Below are positions 36,290 through 45,992 of a stretch of 64,000 bases of DNA, in pieces; the first letter of the stretch is position 1, and every line of letters starts with the position of its first letter. The notes under the pieces are model-generated. The model saw nothing but the letters and a program-made list of their open reading frames with translations. It was not told the origin of the DNA and made no database searches. This DNA is from an uncultured delta proteobacterium. GTDB lineage: Bacteria > Myxococcota_A > Polyangia > Polyangiales > Polyangiaceae. The translations under genes were made by a program, and so were the position numbers. The DNA is taken from contig CAVQUB010000002.1 of NCBI GenBank assembly GCA_963716725.1, positions 418,601-482,600 of the forward strand, in the 5' to 3' direction.

Positions 36290-38410
36290 ATGGCGAAGCT
36301 CCGCTCGATCATGATTTCTGCGGTGATGGTTCTGGCAACGAGCCCCGGGGCTCGAGCCGAAAACACCCTGCCGCTCAAACGGGTGAGGCTCTACGAAACC
36401 GGAGTCGGCTACTTCGAGCGAACCGGCGCCGTGACCGGACGACCCACGGCGCTGCCAGTCCCCGCGGGTCATCTCGACGACGCTCTCAAGACGCTGGTGG
36501 TGCTGTCCGACGATGCGAAGAACGGCAGCGTCGCGGGCGTCGAGTTCAGTAGCAGCGTGAGTCGCAGCATGGCGCGCTCGATGGCCGGACTCGGAGCGGA
36601 GGAGACCCCGCTCACGCTGCACGCGCTTCTCAAGAGCTTGAGGGGCGCCGCCGTCGAGCTCAAGACGGGCAAGCTCGCGCTCACCGGCAAGCTGGTCGAG
36701 CTGTCGGACGCAGCCAGCAGCGACCTCGAGGAGTGCGTGGCGGTGGCCGGGAAAGCGGGCCAGCCGCCCAGCTGCGCCCAGCAGAAGCAGCCAGTCGTCG
36801 TGATCTTCACCAAGGCCGGCGAGCTGCGTCGCATCAAGGTGGCTGAGCTGGTGTCGGTGCGCCCCGTCGATCCCGCCTATGCCTCGCGGCTCGGCTCGGC
36901 CCTCGACGCGCTCGGCGATCGTAGCGCACGGGTGATGAAGGATCTTCGCGTGCTCGCCAAGGGAGGCAAGAGCGTGTCACTGGGCTACGTCTCGGAGACG
37001 CCAGTTTGGCGCGTGACCTACCGCCTGGTGCTCACCAATGCGAAGGACGAAAAGAGCCAGATCCAGGGCTGGGCGCTCTTGCACAACGACACGGAAGAGG
37101 AGTGGAAGAGCGTGCAGATCGACCTGGTGAACGGTCGACCCGACAGTTTCCTGTTCCCGCTGGCAGCGCCCCGCTACGCGCGCCGCGAGCTCGTCACCCC
37201 GGAGAACGAGCTGTCCACCGTGCCTCAGCTGATGGACCGAACCACGGACTCGCTCTGGAGCGGCGACGCCGGCAGCGTCGGTGAGGCCTTCGGTGCCGGC
37301 GGGCTCGGGCTCACAGGGGTTGGCGAAGGCGGCGGGGGCCGCGGCGAGGGCATCGGACTCGGCAGCGTGGGCACCGTCGGTCACGGCGCCGGAGTCGGCG
37401 CGGCGGGCCCGAGCTCGCTCTTGTCCGTCGGCAACCTGGCGAGCGTCGCGCCCGCGGAGGGCGTCGAGGCCGGCGCGATGTTCCGCTACAGCCTGAAGCA
37501 GCCGGTGGATCTCCGGGCCCACGGCTCGGCGCTGGTGCCCTTCCTGGGAGACGGCATCGTCGCGCGCCGCATCGCGACCTTCTCGGCCCCTGGCGCCAGC
37601 GCGCGCAGCGCAGTGCACGTGACGCACCAGGGCACGCAAACCCTGCCGCCCGGCACGATCTCCGTTTTTGCCGACGGAGGTTTCGCCGGCGAGTCTGCCT
37701 TGGCCCGGATGAAGCCTCGGGATACGCAGGTGATCGAGTTCGGTGTCGATCTCGACGTGGAGCTGGCCCTGGAGACCAACGCTTCGACGGACACGACCAA
37801 GCTCTTGACCTTCGTGAAAGGCAAGCTCGTGGAGCACTTCGTGCGACGCCACCGGCCCGCGTACTCCCTCGAGAACCGCAGCGGCTCGGGTCGCGACGTC
37901 TTCCTCCGCCTCGGCTACGTCAACAACGCCAAGGTCGAGGGCGCGGACGAGCTGGTCTGGGACTCGAGCGCGCAGCGGGCTTCGGCAGTGTTCAAGATCG
38001 GCCCGCGGCAGAAGCTGCGAAGGACGCTGGACGTGCACGAGGGTCTGACCCGGAGCCACGACCCAAAGCGCCTCGGCTCGGCGCAGCTCGGCAAGCTCGC
38101 CGCTCGCTTGCCCCCGCGGCAGAAGAGCATCGTGGAGCGCGCTGCGTCCCTCGCGCTCGAGGCGGAGGTGCGACGGGGAGCCCTCGGCAAACGGCGCGCC
38201 GAATACCGAGACGTGTCCTCGGAAATCGTGCGCCTGCGCGAACACGCCCGGGCACTGTCGCGGAGCGGCAGCGCCGAGGCAGTAGCCCGGCGGCTGCTCG
38301 CGGCTGAAGACGCCGCCAAGTTGCTGAAGAAGCGCATCGCCGAGCTCGAGGTCGAGGCCCAAGCGCGGTCACGCCGTGCGGTAGAGGCGCTGTCGGAGCT
38401 CCGGCGCTGA
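36290..38410 (+). CDS. DUF4139/DUF4140-family secreted protein with Gly-rich insert and C-terminal coiled coil
   Basis: Signal peptide (ARA-E); VRLYETGVGYFER, LDDALKTL, YVSETPVWRVTYRL, QGWALLHNDTEEEW, GRPDSF. Confidence 0.82.
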   Translation: MAKLRSIMISAVMVLATSPGARAENTLPLKRVRLYETGVGYFERTGAVTGRPTALPVPAGHLDDALKTLVVLSDDAKNGSVAGVEFSSSVSRSMARSMAGLGAEETPLTLHALLKSLRGAAVELKTGKLALTGKLVELSDAASSDLEECVAVAGKAGQPPSCAQQKQPVVVIFTKAGELRRIKVAELVSVRPVDPAYASRLGSALDALGDRSARVMKDLRVLAKGGKSVSLGYVSETPVWRVTYRLVLTNAKDEKSQIQGWALLHNDTEEEWKSVQIDLVNGRPDSFLFPLAAPRYARRELVTPENELSTVPQLMDRTTDSLWSGDAGSVGEAFGAGGLGLTGVGEGGGGRGEGIGLGSVGTVGHGAGVGAAGPSSLLSVGNLASVAPAEGVEAGAMFRYSLKQPVDLRAHGSALVPFLGDGIVARRIATFSAPGASARSAVHVTHQGTQTLPPGTISVFADGGFAGESALARMKPRDTQVIEFGVDLDVELALETNASTDTTKLLTFVKGKLVEHFVRRHRPAYSLENRSGSGRDVFLRLGYVNNAKVEGADELVWDSSAQRASAVFKIGPRQKLRRTLDVHEGLTRSHDPKRLGSAQLGKLAARLPPRQKSIVERAASLALEAEVRRGALGKRRAEYRDVSSEIVRLREHARALSRSGSAEAVARRLLAAEDAAKLLKKRIAELEVEAQARSRRAVEALSELRR

Positions 38411-38411
38411 C

Positions 38412-39740
38412 TCAGGTCGGCCGCACCGGCGGCACGGCCGGCGTCGAGTCCGGCGGCGAGTACCCCGGTAGGAATTGGATGGGCGGCGGCTCGTCCTCTA
38501 CCAGATACTCGAAGCGTTTTCGGAACTCATCGAGCGACATATGGGCCGTCGCCGCGAGCTTCGCCAACTCGTGAGCGTCCTGGAAGTCGTCGCGCCGGAG
38601 TCGCAGCATGTAGCGCCGCGCGATGCGGTAGTGCTCGGTGCTGATGTCGACCATGCGAACGCGCATGCGTTGCGTCGCCGGATCGATCATCTTCTCGAGG
38701 GCCAGCGGACGGAACACACCGCGATTGATGGTCACCAGCGCGTCCGTTCCGCCTTGCAGCAGATACTCAGCGGCGCAATGCCCCAGGTCCCGGGTATACT
38801 CCATGTCGTAGGGGATCGGATCGGTGCAGCGCAGCTCGTAGCCGATGTTCTTGGCTACGACGGTGGTCTTGATCCCGTACTCCTTGAGCCTCGCCTGCAC
38901 CTTGGCCTTGAGGATATCTCCAAAGCTGATCTCGGCGATGCGCAGGTGGTCGTGCGCGTCGCGTTCGATGTCGGTGACGCCCTTGAGGTCCTCGGGCGAG
39001 AGCTTCTCCACCAGGCCTTCGGCGATCACCGCGATGCCGTCGCTGCGCCCATAGGAGAGCCGCTTGATGATGGCGCCCGCCAGGGTATCGACGATCTTGT
39101 CGAGGCGGACCTGGGGCTCGGGATACTCCTCCGGGATCAACGTCACGGTGGCGCCGGCGGCCTTGCCGATGCCGAGAGCCAGGTGGCCGGCCTTGCGGCC
39201 CATGGTCACGATGAAGTACCAGCGGCTGGTGGTGTAGGCGTCCACTTGCAGGTCTTTGACGATGCCCACGCCAACGTGGCGCGCGGTCTGGAAGCCGAAG
39301 GTCGGGATGTTGTCGGGCAGGTCCAAGTCGTTGTCGATGGTCTTCGGCACGTGCGCGACGCGGATGCGTCCCTGAGCCTGCTGGCTGAGCCGGAGCGACG
39401 CATAAGCCGTGTCGTCGCCGCCGATGGTGATCAAGCGGTCCACGTTCATGCGCAACAGCGAAATCACGGTGTTCTCGAGATCCTTCTCGTCCTTCGTGGG
39501 ATTGGTCCTCGAGATGCCGATGATGCTGCCACCCCGGAAGTGGATACGGCTCACGTTCTCGACGGTGAGCGGCGTGAGATGGTCGATGTCGCCCTGCATG
39601 ACCCACTTGAAGCCGTCACGGATCCCGATCACGGGGACGCCCGCGAGGCGCGCGCGGATGGTAGCGGCCCCGATCACACTGTTGATCCCCGGCGCGGGTC
39701 CGCCACCGACGCAGATGGCCAAAGCATAGGGTTGGGTCAT
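38412..39740 (-). CDS. pfp: Pyrophosphate-dependent phosphofructokinase
   Basis: GGGPAPGIN, TIGGDDT (Asp typical of PPi use), PKTIDNDL, TFGFQTA, MGRKAGHLAL, GYELRC. Confidence 0.92.
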   Translation of the reverse strand: MTQPYALAICVGGGPAPGINSVIGAATIRARLAGVPVIGIRDGFKWVMQGDIDHLTPLTVENVSRIHFRGGSIIGISRTNPTKDEKDLENTVISLLRMNVDRLITIGGDDTAYASLRLSQQAQGRIRVAHVPKTIDNDLDLPDNIPTFGFQTARHVGVGIVKDLQVDAYTTSRWYFIVTMGRKAGHLALGIGKAAGATVTLIPEEYPEPQVRLDKIVDTLAGAIIKRLSYGRSDGIAVIAEGLVEKLSPEDLKGVTDIERDAHDHLRIAEISFGDILKAKVQARLKEYGIKTTVVAKNIGYELRCTDPIPYDMEYTRDLGHCAAEYLLQGGTDALVTINRGVFRPLALEKMIDPATQRMRVRMVDISTEHYRIARRYMLRLRRDDFQDAHELAKLAATAHMSLDEFRKRFEYLVEDEPPPIQFLPGYSPPDSTPAVPPVRPT

Positions 39741-39865
39741 GGCGGCGGACTATTTCTCAGTTGGCCGGACTTCGATAGCGCCAAAGCCGAGATCGCCGAC
39801 CGATCGCAAATATTTCGCGGGGCGCGCCGGCGCGGGGCAGCACCGCTGGCTCAGCAGCCCACGGT

Positions 39866-40405
39866 TCAGCGCCGCGCCCGGGCCGCGCGCAGCGCACGCA
39901 CCGGGCGCAGTTCACTCGCCCGCGAGGGCGCGCGACGACCGAGCTTCGGTTGCCACTTGGTGGGAACGATCACCACCGGACGCAGCGACGCCCGCGCCAC
40001 GACTGAGACGGTACCGGAGAGCTCACGAGAGCGCCGCCCCTTGCCCAAAACGATGAAGTCGACGTCCAGGGCGAGCGCCAGCTCTAGCAGGACGCTATCG
40101 ACTCGACCGACCCGCACCAGGACCTTGCTGAGGACGCCGCGGAAGCGCGACCCTGCGAAGGGGGCCAGCTGGCTCCGAACCCGCCGTTCCGCAGCGTCCA
40201 CCTGCCTCTGCTGAAGCTGCTTCTCCGCGAGCAACTCGCCGCGCACGAGCTTGCGCGAGTGGCGCATGACTTCGATCGGTGCCTCGACGACGTTGAGCAC
40301 GTACAGCGTGGAGACCGTGTCGCGGGCCAAGCCGTGCGCGAGCTCGAGCGCGGCGCGGGAGTCCTTGGATCCGTCGGTGGCGACCAATATGGCTCGTTTG
40401 GGCAT
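39866..40405 (-). CDS. Universal stress protein (Usp)
   Basis: ILVATDGSKDSRAALELA, DFIVLG.G, GTVSVVARASLRPVVIVP. Confidence 0.88.
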   Translation of the reverse strand: MPKRAILVATDGSKDSRAALELAHGLARDTVSTLYVLNVVEAPIEVMRHSRKLVRGELLAEKQLQQRQVDAAERRVRSQLAPFAGSRFRGVLSKVLVRVGRVDSVLLELALALDVDFIVLGKGRRSRELSGTVSVVARASLRPVVIVPTKWQPKLGRRAPSRASELRPVRALRAARARR

Positions 40406-40793
40406 GCTGGACGGCGCATAGCACGGCGGGAGGCGCAGCCGGAAGAACGCAAGTCGACTCGCTAACTCATCGCGCTGCGGTCCGAGCCTGGGAGCGAGCC
40501 CGTGGCAGACCTTGGACAACGCGGGCCGCAATCCGGCGGGCTGCAACGAGATCTGGTGCCCCTTCGAGAAGTGCGATTCGGCCAAGTCCCCGAAGGGCTG
40601 CCCGCAAGGCACGGAGTCATGCTGGATCAACGACTCGTTGGGCGATGGCCGGAGGCGCCGAACGCGAGTTCCACCCGAAGGCCTTCTGGTCCCGTGGCGT
40701 GGAGCCGCTGTTGTTTGCCTTTTGGGGCACCGCGGCTGCCACGGCTTGCAAGCCTGGTCGCGACGGGGTGAACATCCGCGGCCGAGCACGACC

Positions 40794-42347
40794 ATGGCCA
40801 AGAAATCGCAAACGAAGGCGTTCGAGAAGAAGATCCGGGTTCGCCGCCTCAACGGCAGCGACTTTGCGCAGGTCGTGGCGCTCCAGAAGCAGTGCTTTCC
40901 GGGGATGAAGCCCTGGTCGCGAGAGCAATTCGACAGCCAGCTCCTCACCTTTCCGGAGGGTCAACGCTGCGTGACCGTGGACGGCAAGTTGGCCGCGTCC
41001 TCCGCGAGCCTCGTCGTCGACTTCGACATGTACAGCGAGTGGCACGACTGGCGGAAGATCTCCGACAGCGGCTACATCCGCAACCACAATCCCCGGGGGG
41101 ACACGCTCTACGGCATCGAGATCATGGTGGACCCGCGTTTTCGTGGAATGAAGCTCTCGCGGCGGCTGTACGAGGAGCGCAAGGCGCTGTGCCGGGAGCT
41201 GAACCTCGCGCGCATCGTGATCGGCGGTCGCATCCCGGGTTACAAATCCCACGCCAAGACGCTCACCGCGCAGCGCTACTGCGACCGCGTCGTGCTCAAA
41301 GAGCTCCACGACCAGGTGCTGACGGCTCAGATCGCCAACGGCTTCGCGCTCCTGCGACTGATCCCCGATTACTTGCCGTCGGACGAGGACTCGGCGGGTT
41401 GGGCCACCCACCTCGAGTGGGTGAACCTCGACTACCGCCCCAACGAGCAGCGTAGCCTGCACGCCATCCAGAGCGTGCGCATCGGCGCCGTGCAGTACGA
41501 GATGCGCGCCATCTCGAGCTTCGACGACTTCGCCCAGCAGGTTGCGTTCTTCGTCGATGTCGCCAGCGACTACCGCTGCGACTTCGTGGTCTTTCCGGAG
41601 CTCTTCACGCTTCAGCTCTTGGGCCTGACCAAGAGCAAGAGGCCAGGCCTGGCGGCGCGCAAGGTCGCCGAGTTTACCCCAAAATACCTGGAGCTGATGA
41701 CCTCGCTCGCCGTCAAACACGCCGTGAACATCATCGGTGGCAGCCTGTTCTGTATCGAGGGCGGCAAGCTCTACAACGTCTCCTACCTGTTCCGTCGGAA
41801 CGGCACCGTCGGCAAGCAGTACAAGCTCCACGTGACGCCCTCCGAGCGCAAATGGTGGGGCGTCGAGGGCGGCAAGAAGATCGAGGTCTTCGGCACCGAT
41901 CGCGGGCGAATCGCCATCAACGTCTGCTACGACGTCGAGTTCCCGGAGTTGGCGAGGATCGCGGCCAAGGCCGGCGCGCAAATCCTCTTCGTGCCCTTCA
42001 ACACCGAAGGGCGGCACGGTTACCTGCGCGTGCGCCACTGCGCTCAGGCCCGGGCCATCGAGAATCACCTCTACGTGGTGATCGCCGGTTGCACAGGCAA
42101 CCTGCCGAACGTAGAGAATGCCGACATCCACTACGCGCAGTCGGCGATTTTGACGCCGGTGGACATCCCCTTCGCTCGAGACGGCGTCGCCGACGAGTGT
42201 CAGGCCAACGTCGAGACCATCGTCATGCACGACGTCGATCTCGAACTGCTCCGCCAGCACCGCTATACGGGAACCACCACCAACTGGGCGGATCGGCGCA
42301 CCGATCTGTACGAGCTCAAGGTGCTGGAAGACGGCACGCCGATCTGA
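40794..42347 (+). CDS. GNAT acetyltransferase / carbon-nitrogen hydrolase fusion
   Basis: [30 protein letters not shown]; nitrilase triad [27 protein letters not shown] 40794. Confidence 0.93.
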   Translation: MAKKSQTKAFEKKIRVRRLNGSDFAQVVALQKQCFPGMKPWSREQFDSQLLTFPEGQRCVTVDGKLAASSASLVVDFDMYSEWHDWRKISDSGYIRNHNPRGDTLYGIEIMVDPRFRGMKLSRRLYEERKALCRELNLARIVIGGRIPGYKSHAKTLTAQRYCDRVVLKELHDQVLTAQIANGFALLRLIPDYLPSDEDSAGWATHLEWVNLDYRPNEQRSLHAIQSVRIGAVQYEMRAISSFDDFAQQVAFFVDVASDYRCDFVVFPELFTLQLLGLTKSKRPGLAARKVAEFTPKYLELMTSLAVKHAVNIIGGSLFCIEGGKLYNVSYLFRRNGTVGKQYKLHVTPSERKWWGVEGGKKIEVFGTDRGRIAINVCYDVEFPELARIAAKAGAQILFVPFNTEGRHGYLRVRHCAQARAIENHLYVVIAGCTGNLPNVENADIHYAQSAILTPVDIPFARDGVADECQANVETIVMHDVDLELLRQHRYTGTTTNWADRRTDLYELKVLEDGTPI

Positions 42348-42363
42348 GCGTCGGCGCCACGGC

Positions 42364-43263
42364 TCACTGGCAGTTGTAGTAGCCCTTCGCGACGTCGAAG
42401 CCGCAGCTCTGGCACGAGATCTGTTTGACCTGCGCGTTCTCGCACCAGATGACGGTGCTGCCGTCGCAGCGGCCTTCGTAGGTCTCACCCTGGCACGGAT
42501 CGGCCGGCGGCGGCGGGGGCGGCTCGCCGCCCGACGGCTGCCCGAGCACGAAGGTCGCGTAGGCATCGGCACGAACGTCGACGCCATATTGGGTGCAACC
42601 CACGTCGCCGTAGGATGTGACGCCGGCCACGAACCACTCATCGCCCACCTTGGCGAAGGCGGGGCCACCGCTGTCACCGTTGCAGGTGTTCTTGCCGGCG
42701 GTCTGGTATACGAACTGCGTGGCTCCGACGCTGTGAATCGGCATCGTCACGCCGCGCTTCGTTCCGGAGCCGCCACCCTTTCCGCTGACCAAGCCGTAGC
42801 CAACGAAGGTCAGCTGTCTCCCCACCCAGCTCGAGTCCATCGTGGGGAGGATCTTCATGGGAGCGACCGGCGCGTCCGCGCCGAGCGTTAGGAAGCCGAC
42901 GTCGTTGACCAACTTCACGTCGTCGTAGTCGGGATGCGCGGTGATGCTCTGGACCGAGACGGCGGCCTGGGCGCTCCAGATGCTCGCGCCGATCACGAAC
43001 TTCAGCGACGCGGCGGTCACGCCGGTCAGACAGTGCGCTGCGGTGAGCACCGTGCGTGGCCCCACCAAGGTGCCCGTGCAGTGCGGCGATCCGTAGCGGG
43101 TGATGGCTCCTGCCGCTGGGAACTCGCTGGTGGCGCTCCCGCCGACGATGTCATCGCGGGCGCTGGTCGCCAGCTCGGCCTCGTCTGCGGGCGCCGACGC
43201 CGGCCCGCAGGCGGCGGCCGAAAGGGCCAGGAGCGAGAGAGCGGCGAGAGAGAAACAGCGCAT
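42364..43263 (-). CDS. S1 (trypsin-like) serine protease lipoprotein with Cys-rich tail
   Basis: Lipobox AAAC; IVGG; CTGTLV..RTVLTAAHC, ND, GDSGGP; GGAGG RBS. Confidence 0.93.
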   Translation of the reverse strand: MRCFSLAALSLLALSAAACGPASAPADEAELATSARDDIVGGSATSEFPAAGAITRYGSPHCTGTLVGPRTVLTAAHCLTGVTAASLKFVIGASIWSAQAAVSVQSITAHPDYDDVKLVNDVGFLTLGADAPVAPMKILPTMDSSWVGRQLTFVGYGLVSGKGGGSGTKRGVTMPIHSVGATQFVYQTAGKNTCNGDSGGPAFAKVGDEWFVAGVTSYGDVGCTQYGVDVRADAYATFVLGQPSGGEPPPPPPADPCQGETYEGRCDGSTVIWCENAQVKQISCQSCGFDVAKGYYNCQ

Positions 43264-43500
43264 GAGAGCCTCCGTCAGATTGGGGCGCACTTGCGGCCCA
43301 CCACCAAGACACGGTGCCCGAAGCCGGTTGCACTTCCTCGGCAAGATGAGTGAGTGCCGGTGGCGGGTTGACTCACCCGCTCGCAGGTTGGGGGCCAAGG
43401 TAGCGAAACACCCCTCGAGTGGGCCATTCGGTGCGCATGTAGGTGCGCGCGGCGACGGCGGCGGCTGGCGTCGTTCCGTCGTCGACGGCGCTCCCGACTC

Positions 43501-45783
43501 TCAAGGGCAGTAGGTGAAGCAATTGCCGAACGAGCAGGTCTGCGACCCGGCGCACTCGTTGTAGGGATCCGTGCACTCCGCCACGTCCGAGCAGACTCCG
43601 TTGGCACCGATGTCGTTGTGGGCGCCGTTGCAGGTCGCGCACTTGCCCGTGCAACTGGAGTTGCAGCAGTAGCCGTCGACGCAGTATCCGCTGGCGCACT
43701 GACTGGGAGTGGAGCAAGGCGTGCCGATGGGCGCGGCGCCGGGCTGGCAGGTGCCGCCAGTGGCGCAATAGTACCCGCTCGCGCAGTCCGTGCCGGTCGA
43801 GCAACTGGTCTTGCACGCGCTGCCCGAGCAGACGTAGGGCGAGCAACTGCCGGAGCCGTTGTCCACGCAGGTGCCGGTGCCGTTGCAGGTGTCCGCGGCG
43901 ATCAGCGTGGCTCCACTGCAGCTCGCGGCGACGCAGACGGTTCCAGCACCGTGCAGCGCGCACGAACCACTTGCGCCGCAGGTTCCCGTCGTACCGCAGG
44001 TCGCAGCGGACTGCGCGGCACACTCATCGTCTGGGTCGCTGCCTACCGGACTCGATTTGCAGGTGCCGTTGGTTCCGCCGCTCTTCGCGGCGCTACAGGC
44101 CTGGCAGCTACCGGCACAGGCGGTGTTGCAACAGAAGCCGTCGACGCAGTGGCCGCTCGAGCACTCGGCCCCGGAGCCGCACGCCGAGCCATTTCCCTTG
44201 AGCGTCCCGCAGTTGCCATTCACGCAGCTATAACCGCTGACGCACTGCGCGTTCGACGCGCAGCTTCCTCCGCAGGAATTCCCGCTACAAAGGTAGGGGG
44301 AGCAGTTGGTCGTCGTCCCGGTGCAGCTGCCGCTGCCGTTGCAAGTCTTGGAGTTGCTCTGGGTGGACCCGCTGCAGGCCTGACTCGCGCACGAGGTGCC
44401 CGAGGCGTAGAGCGCGCAACCGCCGCCGCCGTCACAGCTCCCATTGGTCCCACAGCTGGCCGCGCCCTGATCGCCGCAGTCGCTGTCGGGGTCGAGGCCG
44501 CCAGAGACGTTCCCGCAAGTGCCGTCGGCGCCGGACCCCTTCTTGGCGGTCGAGCACGCCTTGCACCCGCCCGTGCAAGTGCTGTTGCAGCACACGCCAT
44601 CGACGCAAAATCCACTATCGCATTGGCCGCCGCTGCTGCACGCGCTGCCGTTGGGCTTGGTCGAACCGCACTTGCCCGTCGTCAGGTCGCAGATGTTGCC
44701 AGTCGTGCACTGCGTATCGCTCGAGCAGCTCGTCGCGCAAGCGTTGCCGAGACACAGGTAGGGCGCGCAGTTGGTCGTGCCATTCGACTGGCATTGGCCC
44801 TGAGCGGTGCAGGTGCTGGCGTTCGTCTTGGACGACCCAGTGCATCCGCCCAGGTTGCAAACGGTACCCACCGCGTATTTTCGACACGCCCCGGCGCCGT
44901 CGCACAGTCCGTCGGTACCGCAGGTCGTGGACCCTTGATCGGCGCACTCGCCGTCGGGATCCGTCCCGGTGGCCACCGGGGCACAGGTGCCGTCCGCGCC
45001 GCCGGTGAAGGCAGCTTTGCAGCTCTGGCAGAGTCCGCTGCAGGCCGCGTCGCAACAGACGCCTTCCACGCAGTGACCGCTCTGACATTGGCTGGCCTTG
45101 CTGGAAACGCAGGCGGTGCCTTTCGGGCTCTTCTTGGTGCAGTCGCCGCTCGCGATGTCACAGTACTCGTCGGGCTGACACTCGCTATCGTTGGCGCAGT
45201 CGCCCGTGCACACGACGCCGTTGCAGGATGCAGGTTGGCACTGCTGAGTACCGTTGGCCTGACAGGCGCCGCTGCCGTCGCAGGTCTTCGCAAAGTGCTT
45301 GGTGCCGCCGGTGCAAGACTGAGCCGTACACTCGGTCCCCGCTGCGAACTTCCGACACGCGCCCTTGCCGTCGCAGCGCCCGTCGTTGCCGCAGGCCGCG
45401 ACGCCCTCGTCGTTGCAGTCGTTGCCTGGGTCCGTGCCGTCTTGCGCCGGACCGCACTCCCCGTCCACGCCGCCGCCCTTGAGCCCCGAGGTGCAGGCCT
45501 GACAGGCTCCGTCGCAGGCGCCGCTACAGCACACACCATCCACGCAGAAGCCGCTCTTGCACTCGCCGGGCTTCCCGCACGCCGACCCGTCGCCCGCGGT
45601 GCCCCCGCCGGTCGCGCCGGTGTTGCCGGTCCCAGCCGAGCCGTCGCCCGCGGAGCCGTCGGCATCGCCGCCACCAGAGCCGCCTCCCGCGCCCTTCAGG
45701 TCGTCCAGAGAGCTCGACAGCGAGCAGGCCGCCAACACCCCGCCGACCAAAGTGGCCGCGAGCCATCGTCTGAGTAAGTTCAT
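43501..45783 (-). CDS. Cys-rich repeat lipoprotein (five C..G.CVDG.CC units, period about 155 aa)
   Basis: Lipobox LAAC; FCVDGVCC, HCVEGVCC, FCVDGVCC, HCVDGFCC, YCVDGYCC. Confidence 0.85.
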   Translation of the reverse strand: MNLLRRWLAATLVGGVLAACSLSSSLDDLKGAGGGSGGGDADGSAGDGSAGTGNTGATGGGTAGDGSACGKPGECKSGFCVDGVCCSGACDGACQACTSGLKGGGVDGECGPAQDGTDPGNDCNDEGVAACGNDGRCDGKGACRKFAAGTECTAQSCTGGTKHFAKTCDGSGACQANGTQQCQPASCNGVVCTGDCANDSECQPDEYCDIASGDCTKKSPKGTACVSSKASQCQSGHCVEGVCCDAACSGLCQSCKAAFTGGADGTCAPVATGTDPDGECADQGSTTCGTDGLCDGAGACRKYAVGTVCNLGGCTGSSKTNASTCTAQGQCQSNGTTNCAPYLCLGNACATSCSSDTQCTTGNICDLTTGKCGSTKPNGSACSSGGQCDSGFCVDGVCCNSTCTGGCKACSTAKKGSGADGTCGNVSGGLDPDSDCGDQGAASCGTNGSCDGGGGCALYASGTSCASQACSGSTQSNSKTCNGSGSCTGTTTNCSPYLCSGNSCGGSCASNAQCVSGYSCVNGNCGTLKGNGSACGSGAECSSGHCVDGFCCNTACAGSCQACSAAKSGGTNGTCKSSPVGSDPDDECAAQSAATCGTTGTCGASGSCALHGAGTVCVAASCSGATLIAADTCNGTGTCVDNGSGSCSPYVCSGSACKTSCSTGTDCASGYYCATGGTCQPGAAPIGTPCSTPSQCASGYCVDGYCCNSSCTGKCATCNGAHNDIGANGVCSDVAECTDPYNECAGSQTCSFGNCFTYCP

Positions 45784-45992
45784 GAGCGCAACCTGAAGTG
45801 TAGATCATCGCGTCAACGAATCCCCGTCCGGCCAGCCGAGGTGCGCCAGGCAGGTGCGCGGCTGTGCGGAGATGGACTCCGCTGTGCGCGACCGGGTCCC
45901 GGCCAGCGAGCCAGCCCCCAGCGCCGCGGGCCGACTCCCCCGCTGCTGCCAGTCAGTTGGATGCTCGATCGAGGTGAGGCTACTATCTCGGC

